In this document: piece after piece, positions 20,406 through 29,138 of the stretch
How positions within the stretch are numbered: the stretch's first letter is position 1
How the letters are laid out: every line of letters begins with the position of its first letter
Source of the DNA: an uncultured Bacteroidales bacterium
Lineage (GTDB): Bacteria; Bacteroidota; Bacteroidia; Bacteroidales; JAAAOM01
Direction: 5' to 3'
DNA: 64,000 nucleotides
Assembly (NCBI GenBank): GCA_964486145.1
Contig: CAZAMT010000001.1
Location: 27 to 64,026 of the forward strand
The notes under the pieces: model-generated
What the model saw: only the letters and a program-made list of their open reading frames with translations
Databases searched by the model: none
Told to the model about the DNA's origin: nothing
Program-made: the position numbers and the translations under genes

Positions 20406-22271
20406 TTACCAATCGGAAAGTTTTGTGACCTCTACTGATTTGGTTTTTCTTTTTTGTTTACTATCCAGCGGTGTAAAAGCAACAGTAATTGTTTCACCTG
20501 TTGTTTCCGGTATATAAATAATCAGCCGTTGGATTCCGATGTTGGCTTTTTCGGGTACCTCTTGCTCAGCACTTTCAACAATAAATACTGCATGTGCTGG
20601 TGATAAAATAGTAGCTTCCAGTTGTTTATCATCTATTTGAAGAACGGCTGATTGGTGATTGACCTGGATTTCGGCTTCCGTGGTCATTCCCCAGGTAACA
20701 GCAGCGGTATCTTTTAAAACAACTTCATCCTGGAGTAATATGGTTGTTCCCTGATTCATAAGTTTAACACCCCTGTGCAATGACTCAGAAATGTCAGGAA
20801 AGGTAGAAGTTAAATCGATAATTCCGTACGGTTCATCTTTGTTAAGGTTGTATTCAAGAAAATGTGCTTCAGCCAATGCATGTTGATTCTTATCATTAAT
20901 GGTAATCACGTTATGACTTTTCGATCCCAGGCGATAAATTTCCCATCGCTTTCCACCGGGGAGATTGTCCCAATATCCGGGAAGATTATAATTGTCGCTT
21001 CCTAAATCAATGGCCCAACGCTTTCCAAGAGCATCAAATTCAAAATTTCCAAGATCCAGATGGCCATGGTTAACCTGGTTATATCCGGCTTTAATGCCAA
21101 TAAAACAGGCCTCTGTATCCCAGCCGGTGCGCAACGTAAGCAATTGTACTTCACTTTCAAAAAATTTATGCAATGGAAGTTCACTGGATTTTTTTCGCGG
21201 AGGAACATACCAAATTACATGTTCGGGATCAGCATTGTAATTATTAAGCAAGCGATGTTCATCATTGGAGAAATCAAAATTGTTGTATGTTGATGCTAAC
21301 CAAAACATAGAAGCCATTGGCTTTCTGGTGCTTTTAAAATGGCTATCTGCAAAATTCAGGTAATATCCTGTTGGTCCGGTTGTATAAATCGGAAAATATC
21401 CGGCTTCTGACAGACCCTTTATTTCGGTTAATCCATAGGTTCGGCCAGACAATGCTGTATGCAGTGAACTCAATCCATAAGCTGTGTAACGTGTGGCATA
21501 GCCCCAGTATCCAGGACCTTCCATCCAGGCACCATCAGGGTTATATTCATTTATTGCAATGGGAAGACTGGAAACAGCATGATTGATGATTCGTTTGGCA
21601 GTATCAGGCACCGTTTCGTAAATGGCAAGCGCCCCAGCCATCAAACCACCATTACAAACCTGGTTCCAATTATGACTTACCTCTTTCCACCAGCCATAAT
21701 CCGTATTATCATTTTCGTATGCATTTATTCCCGGAGTTAGTCCGTGTTTAATTAAACATTCTGCCAGTTTTTGCCTGCTACCAACATTCAAGTATTGGTA
21801 CAACCAATCGTAAGTAAGTGCAACAGCAAAAGTCATTTCTGCAACATCGAGAAAATGCGAGGGGTTCCAGTCCGGGAAATTACATGCATCTGTAACTATA
21901 CGCAACAATTCTTCGGCATATTTCTCATTCCTGGTCCAACGATACGCCAATCCAAGATTTAAAGCTCTGTTTTTTACATCTCGACTAACAGATAGCAATC
22001 TGGGGCCGTTGAGTTTATATTCAACGGAACGTGTACCAATTAAATTATCTGCTCTAAAAAGCACATCATTTACATACCTGTTTAAAACTGTGTCAGTATG
22101 TGCCCGCGATTTAAGGTATTCCAGTCTTTCATTGGTTAAAAGAATTCGTGGATGGCCATTACGCACAAAATTATCGATGGTTGAAAGAATATCCTGGCCA
22201 TGCACACGGAGTATGAACAGGGTGAGAAACGAGAGAATCAATTTTAATTTCACAGACGTAATTCCTGACAT
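20406..22271 (-). CDS. Heparinase II/III family protein (secreted)
   Basis: It has a signal peptide and the C-terminal signature NHGHLDLGNFEFDALGKRWAIDLG typical of heparinase II/III-like proteins, with an alginate-lyase-like N-terminal half. Confidence 0.8.
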   Translation of the reverse strand: MSGITSVKLKLILSFLTLFILRVHGQDILSTIDNFVRNGHPRILLTNERLEYLKSRAHTDTVLNRYVNDVLFRADNLIGTRSVEYKLNGPRLLSVSRDVKNRALNLGLAYRWTRNEKYAEELLRIVTDACNFPDWNPSHFLDVAEMTFAVALTYDWLYQYLNVGSRQKLAECLIKHGLTPGINAYENDNTDYGWWKEVSHNWNQVCNGGLMAGALAIYETVPDTAKRIINHAVSSLPIAINEYNPDGAWMEGPGYWGYATRYTAYGLSSLHTALSGRTYGLTEIKGLSEAGYFPIYTTGPTGYYLNFADSHFKSTRKPMASMFWLASTYNNFDFSNDEHRLLNNYNADPEHVIWYVPPRKKSSELPLHKFFESEVQLLTLRTGWDTEACFIGIKAGYNQVNHGHLDLGNFEFDALGKRWAIDLGSDNYNLPGYWDNLPGGKRWEIYRLGSKSHNVITINDKNQHALAEAHFLEYNLNKDEPYGIIDLTSTFPDISESLHRGVKLMNQGTTILLQDEVVLKDTAAVTWGMTTEAEIQVNHQSAVLQIDDKQLEATILSPAHAVFIVESAEQEVPEKANIGIQRLIIYIPETTGETITVAFTPLDSKQKRKTKSVEVTKLSDW

Positions 22272-22440
22272 TTACAATAATGGTTATGTAAGCAACACAA
22301 TGGTCAATACCGTCTCACAACTTTTCTCCCGTAACTTTAAGGAAACTTTACTCTACACAGGAATGGTTTGTATGCTGCGAATCTGAGCAAACTTTTAATC
22401 TTCAATCCCTCCAAGCATCCAAAACCTCTTAAACTTGAGT

Positions 22441-23199
22441 TTATTTTCCCTTGTTATGTTGTTTAATAAACTGATCCAATGCCATTGTCATAGAAGGTGC
22501 CTGTGGTTGAGGTGCTTCAATGTCTACACGAAGCCCGGCTTCTTTGACAGCATTGGTTGTATTTAACCCAAACGATGCAATTTTTGTATCATTTTGCTCA
22601 AAATCAGGAAAGTTTTTTAGCAATGACTTTATTCCCGACGGACTGTAAAATACCAGTACATCATAATTTAAATTTGATAAATCGGATAAGTCACTGCTTA
22701 CAGTTCGATACAGAATAGCCTTGGTGTACTTAAATTTCTGTTTATCGAGCACTTCGGATATTTCCTTTTTATGATGATCGGAAACGGGAATTAATAGCTT
22801 TTCATCCTTGTGCTTTTGCATAATTTCAATCATATCAGCAAAGCGTTTCTTTCCGTAAAAAATCTTCCGCTTTCTGTACACGATGTATTTTTGAAGATAA
22901 AAAGCAATTGATTCCGTTTGACAAAAGTACTTCATGGAATCAGGGACGGTCATTCGCATTTCTTCACAAACTCTAAAGAAATGATCAATGGCAGTTTTAC
23001 TTGTAAATACCACCGCCGTATGTTTTGAAATATCAACCTTATCCTTACGAAAATCTTTCGCAGATATTCCTTCAACATGAATAAACGGTCTGAAATCAAT
23101 CTTCACATTATTTTTTTCCGCCAGTTCAAAGTAAGGTGATCTCTCTGATTGCGGTTTCGGCTGTGATACTAAAATCTTTTTGATTTTCAATGTTGCCAA
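22441..23199 (-). CDS. hemD: Uroporphyrinogen-III synthase family protein
   Basis: KIKKILVSQPKPQSERSPYFELAEKNNVKIDFRPFIHVE matches the N-terminus I recall for the Bacteroidota HemD-family form. The start is TTG at 23199 or, more likely, TTG at 23190. Confidence 0.8.
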   Translation of the reverse strand: MATLKIKKILVSQPKPQSERSPYFELAEKNNVKIDFRPFIHVEGISAKDFRKDKVDISKHTAVVFTSKTAIDHFFRVCEEMRMTVPDSMKYFCQTESIAFYLQKYIVYRKRKIFYGKKRFADMIEIMQKHKDEKLLIPVSDHHKKEISEVLDKQKFKYTKAILYRTVSSDLSDLSNLNYDVLVFYSPSGIKSLLKNFPDFEQNDTKIASFGLNTTNAVKEAGLRVDIEAPQPQAPSMTMALDQFIKQHNKGK

Positions 23200-23232
23200 A
23201 ATTTTAATTAATACTAGCCCAATTAAATACCT

Positions 23233-24279
23233 CTAAATGAACGATATAATTAATTTTACCATCATTAATACAGGTAAAATTTCAAGTGTACAAAAATACA
23301 AAATCCAATAAAATTTTAAAACATGATTTCTATTTAAAATGGTAATTCCTCTCTGAATTCTTTTAAAATAAAATAATACAATGACAACACTTCCCAGGTA
23401 CACAAAGTAAACTCTCATATAATCAGGAAGATACGCTATGCATAGAGTAATGGGTATAAAAACAAGGCCCATAATTTTATTTAACATAAAAGCGTGGTGC
23501 AGGTATTCCTTTCCAGCATTTCTTCTTAACGTTAGATTGCCAATAAAGCTGAAAACGATGTACTGCAAAATGTAAATTCCGATGAGAATTACCGGAATTA
23601 CCAGTAACAATGAAAATCCGCTAAACCCTAAAAATGTTTCTGTTTTAGAATATTTAATTAATTGATAAAAATACAGTCCTGTGACAATGGCTGAATTCAG
23701 GTTAAGAATATAAGAAAGCTGTGTGTAAAGAGCACTTTGGTCTTTAAAAAGCTTGAATGAAAACTGATAATTATGGATTGACTTAAACACAATATTTAAA
23801 TACTTGTCATAATATATACGAATTAAAATAATTATGAAACTAGATAATAACATTATCCCGAAAATCCAGTCCGGAGTAAAAGATTTATAGGTTAAGGGCA
23901 TTTTTTGTTCAACATTTGCTACAGTTTCAGTAGCATAAAAGTTTGAATCAATGTTATGTTTTATGGTATTTCTGGATTGAAAATCTACGAAACCTCCTTC
24001 AAGATCCTGTAATTCCTTCTTATAAACAGAGTCAACTTTTTCATTCCATTGCAATTTTTTCAATCTTGCTGTTTCCAATGGCTCCACTTTCTGTATGGAT
24101 TGAACAGCCTTTTCTTTCGGCTTTGCCACCTTACGTTCTTCAGGAAAAGGAAGCGGCTTTACCCGCAAGGAAGTATCCATGAGATTTATCGAAGGCCGAA
24201 CAGTATCAGGCTGTGGATCTTCCTGAATGATATTTATCACCGTATCTGGTTGCATCGAATATACCGGAATTTTTTTCAT
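23233..24279 (-). CDS. DUF4271-like multi-pass membrane protein
   Basis: The N-terminal half is soluble and P/K/E-rich. The C-terminal roughly 200 aa has at least five hydrophobic helices. Position directly upstream of hemD is the usual Bacteroidota arrangement for DUF4271; the family call is from memory. Confidence 0.7.
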   Translation of the reverse strand: MKKIPVYSMQPDTVINIIQEDPQPDTVRPSINLMDTSLRVKPLPFPEERKVAKPKEKAVQSIQKVEPLETARLKKLQWNEKVDSVYKKELQDLEGGFVDFQSRNTIKHNIDSNFYATETVANVEQKMPLTYKSFTPDWIFGIMLLSSFIIILIRIYYDKYLNIVFKSIHNYQFSFKLFKDQSALYTQLSYILNLNSAIVTGLYFYQLIKYSKTETFLGFSGFSLLLVIPVILIGIYILQYIVFSFIGNLTLRRNAGKEYLHHAFMLNKIMGLVFIPITLCIAYLPDYMRVYFVYLGSVVIVLFYFKRIQRGITILNRNHVLKFYWILYFCTLEILPVLMMVKLIISFI

Positions 24280-24420
24280 GTTCTTTCAGTGTTCTTTGCC
24301 TTCATGATTTCATTGACCCACAAAACATCAATACTTTTTTCGTTCTTTACGCCAATCATGATTTATTGTTGTCTTTTACTATATGGGTTTCTGCCAATAA
24401 ACGAAGTTTCGATAAAATAT

Positions 24421-24750
24421 TTAGTCATTACGAAGTTTTTGGTTTTGGAGGTGACGTGTAGCATCCCGACTGGATTTTTTATTCAGATTTTTCCTCATGG
24501 CATCTGTCAGGTCAATACCGGTTTGATTTGCAATGCAAATTAGTACAAAAAGTACATCGGCAAGTTCATCGGACAGGTTGGATTTGTCGCTTTCCTTTTT
24601 CGACTGTTCACCATATTCTCTGGAAATGATCCGGGCCACCTCTCCTACTTCCTCGGTAAGAATAGCCATGTTGGTTAATTCATTGAAATACCTGACTCCA
24701 TGTTTTTTAATCCAATCATCAACGAGATGTTGCGCTTCCTCAATTGTCAT
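24421..24750 (-). CDS. MazG-like nucleotide pyrophosphohydrolase
   Basis: EEVGEVAR and ELADVLFVLICIAN (EExxE/ExxD helices) are present in a 109-aa protein. Its ATG overlaps the dtd stop (TAATG). Confidence 0.85.
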   Translation of the reverse strand: MTIEEAQHLVDDWIKKHGVRYFNELTNMAILTEEVGEVARIISREYGEQSKKESDKSNLSDELADVLFVLICIANQTGIDLTDAMRKNLNKKSSRDATRHLQNQKLRND

Positions 24751-25202
24751 TATTCCTTATTTTTTGAATCGATAATAATAGTAACAGGCCCGTCATTTTC
24801 AAGCCGGATGTTCATATGTGCTCCAAACTCTCCCGTTACAACACTGTTATTTAGAAGCTTATCGACTTCAGCAATAAAATTTTCATATAACGGAATGGCT
24901 GTTTCCGGTTTTGCGGCTCTGATATACGATGGACGGTTACCTTTTTTGGTCTGTGCATGCAGGGTAAACTGGCTTATGATCATAATTTCAGCACCAATGT
25001 CATTGACATTTAAATTCATAACACCAGCAGCATCATCAAAAACGCGTAATTGCACAAGTTTTTTAGCCAACCAGGTTACATCCTGTTCATTGTCGTTACA
25101 TTCAATACCAATCAGAACCAGGATTCCTTTCCCAATGGTGCGTTCCTCGGTTTGATTTATCAATACTTTCGATTGGTTCACCCGCTGAATAATCATTCGC
25201 AT
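24750..25202 (-). CDS. dtd: D-aminoacyl-tRNA deacylase
   Basis: MRMIIQRV, GILVLIGIE, ISQFTLHA and a GNRPSY-type motif are present in a 150-aa protein. Confidence 0.9.
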   Translation of the reverse strand: MRMIIQRVNQSKVLINQTEERTIGKGILVLIGIECNDNEQDVTWLAKKLVQLRVFDDAAGVMNLNVNDIGAEIMIISQFTLHAQTKKGNRPSYIRAAKPETAIPLYENFIAEVDKLLNNSVVTGEFGAHMNIRLENDGPVTIIIDSKNKE

Positions 25203-25383
25203 CGTTTTGACTTTTTCATTACATATTGTACAACAAATTCAATCTCAATAAATAAAACCTTTTTACAGCGTTTTATGTATACTATAACACCTAAATCTTT
25301 CCAGATATTTTTAACCCTGTATTTATTGTGTCCAAAATTACTATTTTTAATTTTACGGATGTTGGAATATAAAGTGTTGAGTT

Positions 25384-26097
25384 ATGTGGAGAATGATTTT
25401 CAAAATTTTTTGCCTTTCTTTAATTTTTCCGGCTCTTATTAAAGGCCAGAAAAATCCCGTTCGATATCAGTTTTCAAAGCCCCCGGTAGATTCAAGTACA
25501 ACAGGATTAAAAAAGCCATATGCAGAAAATACGTTTATTTACATGCAGGAAGCAGCATTTGCATATTATCCTGAATTGAAATCTGTTGATATTCGGTTCA
25601 AAGAAAAAAAATTGAAAACAACCATGGCTGCCAGACCTGGTTTGTTTTCCATATTTGGAATGAAAAAGAACAGGGTATATTACATTTTTATAAATAATGA
25701 TAAAAAAAATCCTAATTCTGTATTACTAAATGAATTACCCACCAATGCACAAGTGGGTGTCATTGGTCATGAATATGCCCATATTCTTGATTATCAATCA
25801 AAGGGAAATTTACAGCTCGTTGGATATGGGCTCAAATACATCTTTAGCAAAAAATTTAAAAAAAACCTGGAAAACAGTATTGATGAAATCACAATTTCCA
25901 GAGGCCTGGGTTGGCAGGTTTATGATTTTTCCTCCTATGTTTTTAACGATTCATCAGTAACGAGTGAATACAAAGCTTATAAAAAGAAATTTTATTATAC
26001 TCCTTCCGAAATTCTAAAACAAATGGTTGAAAATAGCGAGGTATATAAAAACCTGGCTTTCTTTTTGCAAAAAAGCCATTACATCAGCAGTTTTTAA
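25384..26097 (+). CDS. Secreted hypothetical protein with HExxH motif (putative metallopeptidase)
   Basis: It has the signal peptide MWRMIFKIFCLSLIFPALIKGQ and a single HEYAH (HExxH) within VIGHEYAHILDY. No further family assignment is possible. Confidence 0.6.
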   Translation: MWRMIFKIFCLSLIFPALIKGQKNPVRYQFSKPPVDSSTTGLKKPYAENTFIYMQEAAFAYYPELKSVDIRFKEKKLKTTMAARPGLFSIFGMKKNRVYYIFINNDKKNPNSVLLNELPTNAQVGVIGHEYAHILDYQSKGNLQLVGYGLKYIFSKKFKKNLENSIDEITISRGLGWQVYDFSSYVFNDSSVTSEYKAYKKKFYYTPSEILKQMVENSEVYKNLAFFLQKSHYISSF

Positions 26098-26353
26098 ACG
26101 TATCTTTACAAAGAAATTTCTTGGAATTTTTCAATTTTTACGGTTGGTTTGCGTTCGTATTACTGACTTTAAAACAAAATGTGTGCATTGGTCATATGAA
26201 AATAATTTTCGCCCAAATTGTGTCTAAGTAAAGCGCTTTTTTCATTTTACTCAAGCCGCTTAACTTATGTTTCATTATCATGATATGTCCGGGTGCTTTA
26301 TTTGCTTGATTAAACACGTGAACAAACTTTTATAAAAATTAAAACACAGGATT

Positions 26354-28087
26354 ATGCGAAATAAAAAAATGATAAAGTTAATGAAAGGAAAAAAAATACT
26401 GGTAATTAGCCTGACCATGGTCATTATGTCGGTTGGTCTGCTATCATTTAACAATAACAATGATTTTAAAATTGTTAAGAACCTGGATATTTTTTATACG
26501 TTGTTTCGTGAACTCAATTTATTTTATGTGGATGAAACTGATCCGGAAAATTTAATCAAAGAAGGAATTGATGGGATGCTAAAATCACTGGATCCTTATA
26601 CCACTTATATTCCCGAATCGGAAATGGACGATTTCAAGTTTATGACCACCGGACAATACGGAGGAATTGGGGCATTGATAAGGAAAGATGGAGATTACAC
26701 GGTTATTTCGGATCCTTACCAGGGTTTCCCGGCAGACAAAGCAGGCTTAAAAGCCGGTGACATCATTCTTGAAATTGATGGAACATCCACTGAAGGAAAA
26801 AAGGTTCAGGAAGTAAGTGAATTATTGAAAGGTACACCGAATACAAAACTTCATTTGGTAATTGAACGCCCCGGTTTGGATGATCAATTGAAAAAAGAGG
26901 TGATTCGCGAAAAAATTACCATTAGCGGTGTACCATATTTTGGGATGCTGGATAGCCAAACCGGTTATATACGTATGACCAGTTTTACACAGAATATTAG
27001 TGAAGATGTCAAGGAAGCACTTATTACGCTAAAAAAAGAGCATGGAGCTGAGAAGTTGATCCTTGATTTACGCAGCAATCCGGGAGGGCTTCTCATTGAA
27101 GCTGTGAACACGGCCAATCTTTTTGTTGACAAGGGACAGGAAATTGTGAGTACCAGGGGTAAAGTAAAACACTGGGACAATAAGTACAAAACACAGCATG
27201 AGCCGATAGATACAAAAATTCCTCTCGCGGTGCTGGTTAACAGGAGTTCTGCCTCGGCTGCTGAAATTGTGGCCGGTGCCCTGCAGGATTTGGATCGGGC
27301 GGTAGTTATTGGTCAGCGTACCTTTGGTAAAGGCCTTGTGCAAACCACAAGGCCGCTGAGTTACAATACCCAGTTAAAAGTAACAACTGCAAAATATTAT
27401 ATTCCAAGTGGCAGATGTATCCAGGCTCTTGATTATAAACACCGTAATGAAGACGGTAGCGTGGGTCACATTCCGGATTCATTAATTTCAGAATTTACAA
27501 CCAGAAATGGCCGTAAAGTTTATGATGGCGGAGGTATCAGGCCGGATATTGACGTAGAGCCTGAACAATTGAGTAAAATTGCCATCAGCCTTTATACGAA
27601 AAACCTGATATTTGATTATGCTACCCTGTACGCTGTGGAGCATGACAGCATCGAAAAACCTGCTTCTTATGAATTTACCTCGCAGGAGTACGAAGCATTT
27701 ACTGATTTCCTGAAAACAAAGAAATATGATTACGAAACACGAAGCGATGAAAACCTGAAAGCACTAATCAAATCAGCAAAAGCAGAGAAGTATTATTCAA
27801 AAGCAGAAGCAGAATTTGAAGCCCTGGAAAAAAAGCTTGCACACGATAAAGAAAAAGATTTGCAAACATTCAGTGAAGAAATTAAGGATTTGCTGGAAGA
27901 AGAAATTGTAGGCAGGTATTACTACCAGAAAGGGAAAGTTCAGGCAGCCATTGATGATGATCCGCAGGTTTTAAAAGCTATTGAAATTCTACGAAACAAC
28001 CAAAAATATCAGTCGATCTTAGATGGCATCAATGATACTGAACAAACAGCACTTCAGGTTAAGATGGATGCAAATGAAATAGAATGA
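26354..28087 (+). CDS. S41 family C-terminal processing peptidase
   Basis: The PDZ segment GLKAGDIILEIDG, catalytic region NRSSASAAEIVAGALQD and TFGKGLVQ are present. The C-terminal region is an extended coiled-coil-like segment. Confidence 0.9.
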   Translation: MRNKKMIKLMKGKKILVISLTMVIMSVGLLSFNNNNDFKIVKNLDIFYTLFRELNLFYVDETDPENLIKEGIDGMLKSLDPYTTYIPESEMDDFKFMTTGQYGGIGALIRKDGDYTVISDPYQGFPADKAGLKAGDIILEIDGTSTEGKKVQEVSELLKGTPNTKLHLVIERPGLDDQLKKEVIREKITISGVPYFGMLDSQTGYIRMTSFTQNISEDVKEALITLKKEHGAEKLILDLRSNPGGLLIEAVNTANLFVDKGQEIVSTRGKVKHWDNKYKTQHEPIDTKIPLAVLVNRSSASAAEIVAGALQDLDRAVVIGQRTFGKGLVQTTRPLSYNTQLKVTTAKYYIPSGRCIQALDYKHRNEDGSVGHIPDSLISEFTTRNGRKVYDGGGIRPDIDVEPEQLSKIAISLYTKNLIFDYATLYAVEHDSIEKPASYEFTSQEYEAFTDFLKTKKYDYETRSDENLKALIKSAKAEKYYSKAEAEFEALEKKLAHDKEKDLQTFSEEIKDLLEEEIVGRYYYQKGKVQAAIDDDPQVLKAIEILRNNQKYQSILDGINDTEQTALQVKMDANEIE

Positions 28088-28119
28088 AACAGGCCATACA
28101 CCCAGTTTGCTGAGGCAAT

Positions 28120-28155
28120 TACCGGGGGGACACACTGCGCTGATTTACCCCGGTA
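28120..28155 (+). terminator. Possible terminator hairpin after the S41 peptidase gene
   Basis: TACCGGGG (28120-28127) pairs with CCCCGGTA (28148-28155) around a 20-nt loop. No clean T-run follows, so the call is weak. Confidence 0.3.
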
Positions 28156-28264
28156 GTTATTAACGATTTTACTGACGTAGTTCACTTTAGACAAGCTTTT
28201 TAATTCGTATTGGCAACTGTAGACTTGTGAAAACATCTACTTTAATTAAATATGGCGGTTGTCA

Positions 28265-28349
28265 TTTTCGTGAATCTTTGTGTTTTCGTGACTTCGTGGC
28301 GGTTTTCTTTTCTGCCACCAAGACACCAAATCTCAAAGTAACACCAAGG
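28265..28349. repeat. Long imperfect hairpin built from CACGAAG/CACCAAG-type units
   Basis: By hand pairing, the arm 28265-28300 (..TTTTCGTGAATCTTTGTGTTTTCGTGACTTCGTGGC) folds onto 28314-28349 (GCCACCAAGACACCAAATCTCAAAGTAACACCAAGG). This gives about 25 Watson-Crick pairs with regularly spaced mismatches and a 13-nt loop. Confidence 0.5.
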
Positions 28350-28469
28350 CCGTCGGAATTCATTTTATATTAAATAACTTACATCTTAAGTCACTAAAGT
28401 TAATATATCTGAAAAAAACGCTGATAGTTATCGGGGTGTACCAACTTTCAGGTGTGCTTAAAAAGCCAT

Positions 28470-28560
28470 CAAACTGCTGGTTTTTATCGTTTTTACCCCT
28501 ACCCTCCTGATTTTCATCGGGACAGGCTCTAAAGGGGAATCGCTTAAAATCAGCAGTTTG
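28470..28560. repeat. 91-nt imperfect hairpin downstream of the lipoprotein gene
   Basis: CAAACTGCTG (28470-28479) pairs perfectly with CAGCAGTTTG (28551-28560). The stem continues with bulges (TTTT/AAAA, CG/CG, CCCCT/AGGGG) to about 25 pairs. On the minus strand it is followed by ATGGCTTTTT. Confidence 0.55.
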
Positions 28561-28612
28561 TAGAAGTTCCCTACAGGTGATTTAGGAATAAACCTTTTTA
28601 GACCGGACTCAC

Positions 28613-29110
28613 TTATTTTTTAAACAAATAAATGGTATCATTCGCCGCCGGAATTATGAAATTCAGGTTTTTACCATCAATGTTGTAGGTAGCGTCAAAC
28701 TTTTCAGGAATAGTGGTAGATACTAATCCAATGAACCTATTGTATGAGACGGTATCTTCCGGCACATCTTTTGAGTACCATGTCAGTCGGTCCTCCGTAG
28801 CATTTATTCCTACTTTCATTAATTCAACACTCATTTCAGAATCCGTTTTGGAAAGTATATTTCCTTTAACCCCAATAGCAAGCTCCAAACTATCAGCACT
28901 TACACCATTGTACACATCGGCCTGAAAAGAAGCCTCCTGAAAATCAAACTCTATTTTTTGAACAATTTCCTGTTGCGACATTGGATCAATCGCAGGGTAT
29001 ACAACTGTTTCCCAAAGACCCACATAAGCAGCACCGTCTTCTTCTTTTTCACATGCGTTAAATACAACAAAAAATGCAGCCAGCGCTGATATAAAAAATA
29101 CTTTTTTCAT
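28613..29110 (-). CDS. Hypothetical lipoprotein
   Basis: It has a signal peptide with lipobox VFNAC and is 165 aa long. It lies 28 nt downstream of the TonB-dependent receptor gene on the same strand. Confidence 0.65.
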   Translation of the reverse strand: MKKVFFISALAAFFVVFNACEKEEDGAAYVGLWETVVYPAIDPMSQQEIVQKIEFDFQEASFQADVYNGVSADSLELAIGVKGNILSKTDSEMSVELMKVGINATEDRLTWYSKDVPEDTVSYNRFIGLVSTTIPEKFDATYNIDGKNLNFIIPAANDTIYLFKK

Positions 29111-29138
29111 TTTGTAAAAATTTAAATTACTAATTATT

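Noticed and set aside
24049-25155. Plus-strand ORFs 24049..24543 and 24700..25155 (164 and 151 aa)
   Set aside because: They are antisense shadows of the DUF4271, mazG-like and dtd genes. Their sequences are low-complexity and Ser/Phe/Ile/Leu-rich without motifs.
11462-26320. Other CACGTG cores (11462, 12767, 15007, 26315) as parS sites
   Set aside because: Their flanks fail the TGTTN...NAACA arms, with three or more mismatches or wrong spacing. Three of the four lie inside coding sequence.
28054-28236. Minus-strand 60-aa ORF in the long spacer
   Set aside because: It overlaps the 3' end of the S41 peptidase gene, has no recognisable features, and spans the putative terminator hairpin. It is more likely non-coding.
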